Origin: a virus
Lineage: Duplodnaviria; Caudoviricetes
IMG/VR virus record: IMGVR_UViG_3300013121_000005
Location: 299,485 to 363,484 of that record
DNA length: 64,000 nucleotides
Direction: 5' to 3' (one strand)
Numbering within the stretch: the first letter of the stretch is position 1; every line of letters begins with the position of its first letter. A model generated the notes under the pieces. It was not told the DNA's origin. It saw only the letters and a list, made by a program, of their open reading frames with translations, and did not search any database. The position numbers and the translations under genes are program-made. This document shows positions 60,641 through 64,000 of the stretch, in pieces.

Positions 60641-60877
60641 ATGGAACAGAACATGAAGACCGATCTCCAGCTCGTTGAGGAAGCGTTCGAGGCAGTTAAG
60701 ACGGTCGTCGAGCGCTGGGAGAAGGCGGGGGTCCAAACCATCGCCTTGCCGCAGTCCCTCGTCCAGCTCTTTCCCGTCGCAGACTTCCTCCTGTCTGCCA
60801 GGGAGCGGCTGAAGGACCCTCACACTCAGGGGACCCTTCAAGCTTATTATGAGAGAGCCTCGAAGGGTACCAAGTGA
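60641..60877 (+). CDS. hypothetical protein
   Basis: ATG 7 nt after CGTTGA. Confidence 0.65.
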   Translation: MEQNMKTDLQLVEEAFEAVKTVVERWEKAGVQTIALPQSLVQLFPVADFLLSARERLKDPHTQGTLQAYYERASKGTK

Positions 60878-60894
60878 ACGGGGTATAGGTTCCC

Positions 60895-63045
60895 ATGGAA
60901 CGTTTCAACTTCGACTGGAAGCAGTACAAGGGCAACCTCACATGGCTTCCCGAGCGAACCATCTACCTCACGCGCCACGGGAGCCACGCTTACGGGACGA
61001 ACCTTCCGTCGAGTGACCTCGACCTCCGTGGGGTCGCCATCGCACCAGCAGCTTACTACCACGGGTTCCTCCAGACCTTCGACCAGGCTGTCCAGAAGGA
61101 GCCGGATCTCACCATCTTCGAGATCCGGAAGTTCCTCGGGCTGGCGGCGGACTGCAACCCGAACGTCCTGGAGATCCTCTACACGGACCCGAGCGACCAT
61201 TTGCTCGTCACCCCGTTGGCCGAGAAGCTCTTCGAGCACCGAGACGAGTTCCTGTCGCAGAAGGCCAAGCACACCTTCAGCGGGTATGCGACGAGCCAGC
61301 TCAAGCGGATCAACCTCCACTACCGTTGGCTCAAGAATCCCCCGACCGGCGCCCCCTCTAGGGCAGACTTCGGTCTGCCCGAACGGACGGTTATCCCAGG
61401 GGATCAGCTTGCAGCAGCAGAAGCTGCCATTCGTAAGCAGCTTGACGAGTGGTCCTGGCACGAGCTGGAAGGGGTCGACCCCTCGGTCCGTCAGGCCGTC
61501 AAAGACGAGTTCTTCCGTCGTCTCACGGAGATCACCCAGTGGTCTTGGGACCAGATGGACGAGAAGGTCTGGCTTTCCGCAGCCCGGACCCTCGGCTACG
61601 ACACTAACTTCATTGAGTTGCTCGATATGGAGCGCCGGTACACGGCCCGTCTCCGGGAGTGGCAGCAGTACAACGACTGGAAGAAGAACCGGAACCCGGA
61701 CCGTGCCAAGCTCGAAGAGCAGTTTGGGTACGACTGCTACCTCGACGACACGGAGTTCCTCACAGCTCAAGGGTGGAAGCGGTACGATGAGATCCCCGAA
61801 GGGCTCGCTCTCGCGACCTTGAATCAGAAGACTGGGACCATCGAATACCAGGAAGCGACGGAACGGGTCAGCAAGCAGTACAACGGCCCCATCTGCTTCT
61901 TCGAGACGCAGGATACGGCTTGCGCCGTGACGCCGAACCACCGGATGTGGGTGTCCGATGTTCGTGGTGGGCGGGCCAACACAAACGGGACGACGTACAA
62001 CGAGGCTAAAGCAGACTGGAAAATCCTCTCGGCTGAGAAGATGTTGGCTGGACGGCGGTACAGTTACCACTGCCGGACGGCCAGTGAAGGATCGGTGCTC
62101 ACGAAGGACGAGCACACACTCATCATGGTGGGGGCCTACGTTTCAGAAGGATGTGTCGGTCATCGCCTCAAAGACGGAACCCCCTCGGTTTTGCGGTTTT
62201 CGCAGAAGGTGGGAGGGCGACAAGAACCCTACCTCGAACGCATCCTCTCGGAACGAAGGGATACCCGGAAGTTCACTGACCCTCGGAAAAAGAAGGGTCG
62301 GAAGACGCCGATCACCGAGAACGTTTACACGGTCGCGAACCGTGAACTCGCTAAGTCCATCGTTCGGGACTGTGGAGAGGGCTCCAAATCGAAACGGCTC
62401 CCCCCTTGGGTACGGACTTTGAAGCAGGAATCCGCTCGTTTCCTGCTCGACGTACTCGTGTCTGGTGATGGGACGAACCGTAAGTTCAGCCGAATCTACT
62501 ACACGTCCTCGAAGACCCTCGCGGACGACGTGCAGGCCCTCGCGGTCCTCGCCGGGTTCACCTCGATGGTCTGGGGGCCGTACGAGGACGACCGAAACCC
62601 CAACCTTTCGATGTACCACGTCTACATTGGCAAGAGCGCCTTCAGCCGGGTCATCACGAAGGGCAAGGACTCGCACGTCAAGGTCGAGAATGTCACGGGC
62701 CGACGCATCGTGTGCTTCACGGTCCCAAACGAAATGCTCATCACCCGCCGCAACGGGAAGGTCGCCATCCAGGGCAACACGAAGCACGGGATGCACCTCG
62801 TGAGGCTCCTCCGCATGTGCCGAGAAATTCTCACCCATGGGCTGGTTTTCGTACGCAGACCCGACTTTCAGGAACTCCTAGCCATTCGGCATGGGGCCTG
62901 GAACTACTACGATCTGGTCACGTGGGCAGAGAAGCAGGACGCAGAGCTGACGGAGCTGGCTAAGGCTTCTAAGCTACCCAAGCAACCAAACCGCCACAAG
63001 CTTGACCGGCTTTGTATCGAACTAGTCGAGGAATCTTTCAAATGA
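60895..63045 (+). CDS. Pol-beta-superfamily nucleotidyltransferase (RlaP/YcgL-type) interrupted by an intein
   Basis: HGSHAYG...SDLDLRG, NPNVLE; exteins join as GYD|TKHGMHLVRL. Confidence 0.85.
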   Translation: MERFNFDWKQYKGNLTWLPERTIYLTRHGSHAYGTNLPSSDLDLRGVAIAPAAYYHGFLQTFDQAVQKEPDLTIFEIRKFLGLAADCNPNVLEILYTDPSDHLLVTPLAEKLFEHRDEFLSQKAKHTFSGYATSQLKRINLHYRWLKNPPTGAPSRADFGLPERTVIPGDQLAAAEAAIRKQLDEWSWHELEGVDPSVRQAVKDEFFRRLTEITQWSWDQMDEKVWLSAARTLGYDTNFIELLDMERRYTARLREWQQYNDWKKNRNPDRAKLEEQFGYDCYLDDTEFLTAQGWKRYDEIPEGLALATLNQKTGTIEYQEATERVSKQYNGPICFFETQDTACAVTPNHRMWVSDVRGGRANTNGTTYNEAKADWKILSAEKMLAGRRYSYHCRTASEGSVLTKDEHTLIMVGAYVSEGCVGHRLKDGTPSVLRFSQKVGGRQEPYLERILSERRDTRKFTDPRKKKGRKTPITENVYTVANRELAKSIVRDCGEGSKSKRLPPWVRTLKQESARFLLDVLVSGDGTNRKFSRIYYTSSKTLADDVQALAVLAGFTSMVWGPYEDDRNPNLSMYHVYIGKSAFSRVITKGKDSHVKVENVTGRRIVCFTVPNEMLITRRNGKVAIQGNTKHGMHLVRLLRMCREILTHGLVFVRRPDFQELLAIRHGAWNYYDLVTWAEKQDAELTELAKASKLPKQPNRHKLDRLCIELVEESFK
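61735..62778 (+). mobile_element. intein with LAGLIDADG-type homing endonuclease (348 aa)
   Basis: Starts CYLDDTEFLT; block B VTPNHRMW; MVGAYVSEG and LDVLVSGDG; ends IQGN followed by Thr. Confidence 0.88.
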
Positions 63046-63332
63046 AGGACTTGACCATGTTCGACCCTGCGGGGGAGCCTTACCCAGTTACACTCCAAGA
63101 TATCCCCTTCGGGGTGTTGTTCACTATGTTGAACTACAAGGGTAACTTCATGAGGGTGAAGTGCTTGACCAAAAACTTGGGGGTCGTCCGCCCTTATCGT
63201 GCGGGGGGTCCAGATCCTGTCCCTTTCAATGATGATGGGTTCCATGTTCCCATTGTTGAGCTGGCTACTGGGAACGTCCTCTGGATGTCCAAAAGGAAGC
63301 CCTGTAGAGCGCAAGAAACGTTTTGTTCTTGA
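63042..63332 (+). CDS. hypothetical protein
   Basis: ATGA overlap with the nucleotidyltransferase. Confidence 0.55.
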   Translation: MKDLTMFDPAGEPYPVTLQDIPFGVLFTMLNYKGNFMRVKCLTKNLGVVRPYRAGGPDPVPFNDDGFHVPIVELATGNVLWMSKRKPCRAQETFCS

Positions 63333-63408
63333 AAGCCCGATGCCCTTGCCTCTGTCAAGATTTGACTTGAGAAACTTCTTGGTTGTTCGTTTAGGTAAGG
63401 AAGAAAGG

Positions 63409-63560
63409 GAGCTGGATTGAAAGAGACTGTGTAGTAGGACTTCTAACTAAAGCGCTAAGTTAGGAACCTTAACCCTATCAAATAGGGGGATACTCTACGA
63501 CAACCCTAAAGTGGGAAATCGGAAATGAGGTCGATTACACAGTCTCTTTCAGTCTAGCTC
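63409..63560 (+). ncRNA. structured ncRNA, copy 2 of a two-copy family
   Basis: 27-bp closing stem (3 G-U on plus strand) after class-A promoter 63367-63393; homologous to 42713..42872. Confidence 0.8.
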
Positions 63561-63573
63561 ACTAAGGGAAAGA

Positions 63574-63930
63574 ATGAGCTACGATATCGAACTTACAGAT
63601 CCCGTAACCAAGAAGGCTTTGGTGGTGGACCATGTTCACCACATCAAGGGGGGCACTTATGCCTTGGGTGGGACGAATGAACTTCACCTCAACATCACCT
63701 ACAACTACGCCCCCCATTTCTATCGCATCTTTGGCGAGAATGGGATTCGCAGCCTGTACGGAAAGAGCGGAGCTGCGAGTATCCCGATTCTCCAGGAGGG
63801 GATTGCGGCTCTAAAGGACGATGTGTCCGATAATTACTGGGATGCGACAGAAGGAAACGCCAAACAGGCTCTTTATGGGCTTTTGGCGTTCGCTCAGATG
63901 CGTCCCGATGGGATCTGGGCTGGGAACTAA
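63574..63930 (+). CDS. conserved phage hypothetical protein
   Basis: MSYDI...NITYNY...YW.ATEGNA...RPDGIW. Confidence 0.75.
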   Translation: MSYDIELTDPVTKKALVVDHVHHIKGGTYALGGTNELHLNITYNYAPHFYRIFGENGIRSLYGKSGAASIPILQEGIAALKDDVSDNYWDATEGNAKQALYGLLAFAQMRPDGIWAGN

Positions 63931-63931
63931 G

Positions 63932-63978
63932 GTGAAGCTGGCGTAGGCCGCCGTCGAGGCAGCCTACGCCAGCTTCAC
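63932..63978. terminator. strong hairpin after gene
   Basis: 17-bp perfect stem GTGAAGCTGGCGTAGGC/GCCTACGCCAGCTTCAC. Confidence 0.65.
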
Positions 63979-64000
63979 AACTATTTCATGATGGAGGTTG

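Noticed and set aside
60847-62838. Long minus-strand ORFs 60847..62115 and 62143..62838 (and similar antisense ORFs elsewhere)
   Set aside because: Antisense shadows of GC3-biased real genes; no motifs.
1-64000. Genome-wide stop-codon reassignment
   Set aside because: Long genes are intact in the standard code and TAG/TGA end many tightly coupled genes; only two in-frame stops were seen (34062, 48031).

Overview
64 kb of what looks like a large (jumbo-type) bacteriophage genome: dense small ORFans in strand-switching blocks, with no rRNA, no canonical tRNA, no CRISPR array and no recognisable core structural genes. Recognisable proteins are an RNB (RNase II/R-type) exoribonuclease truncated at the window edge, a vWA protein, zincin peptidases, an HD hydrolase, a Dam methylase, a DHH phosphoesterase, HNH nucleases (one KpnI-like), two GHKL-ATPase/HExxH proteins, PcfJ-like, macrodomain, an ADP-ribosylglycohydrolase fragment, metallophosphoesterase, SLOG, a J-domain protein and an intein-split nucleotidyltransferase. 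The most striking signals are non-coding. (1) A promoter-like motif TTGA(A/G)N-N15-CGTT(G/T/A)A occurs about 30 times, often exactly 6 nt before an ATG, which suggests leaderless mRNAs. (2) A two-copy structured RNA family with covariation lies at 42.7 kb (-) and 63.4 kb (+). (3) A circularly permuted tRNA-like RNA at 21.7 kb has its own promoter and terminator. (4) A leader at 48.0 kb has an in-frame UAG followed by an RGPP arrest-like motif whose codons pair with the downstream Shine-Dalgarno, a candidate stop-codon-readthrough sensor. Further ncRNA candidates, a possible replication origin near 19-21 kb and shared short peptide motifs are also reported. All family assignments are from motif recognition by eye, not database searches.
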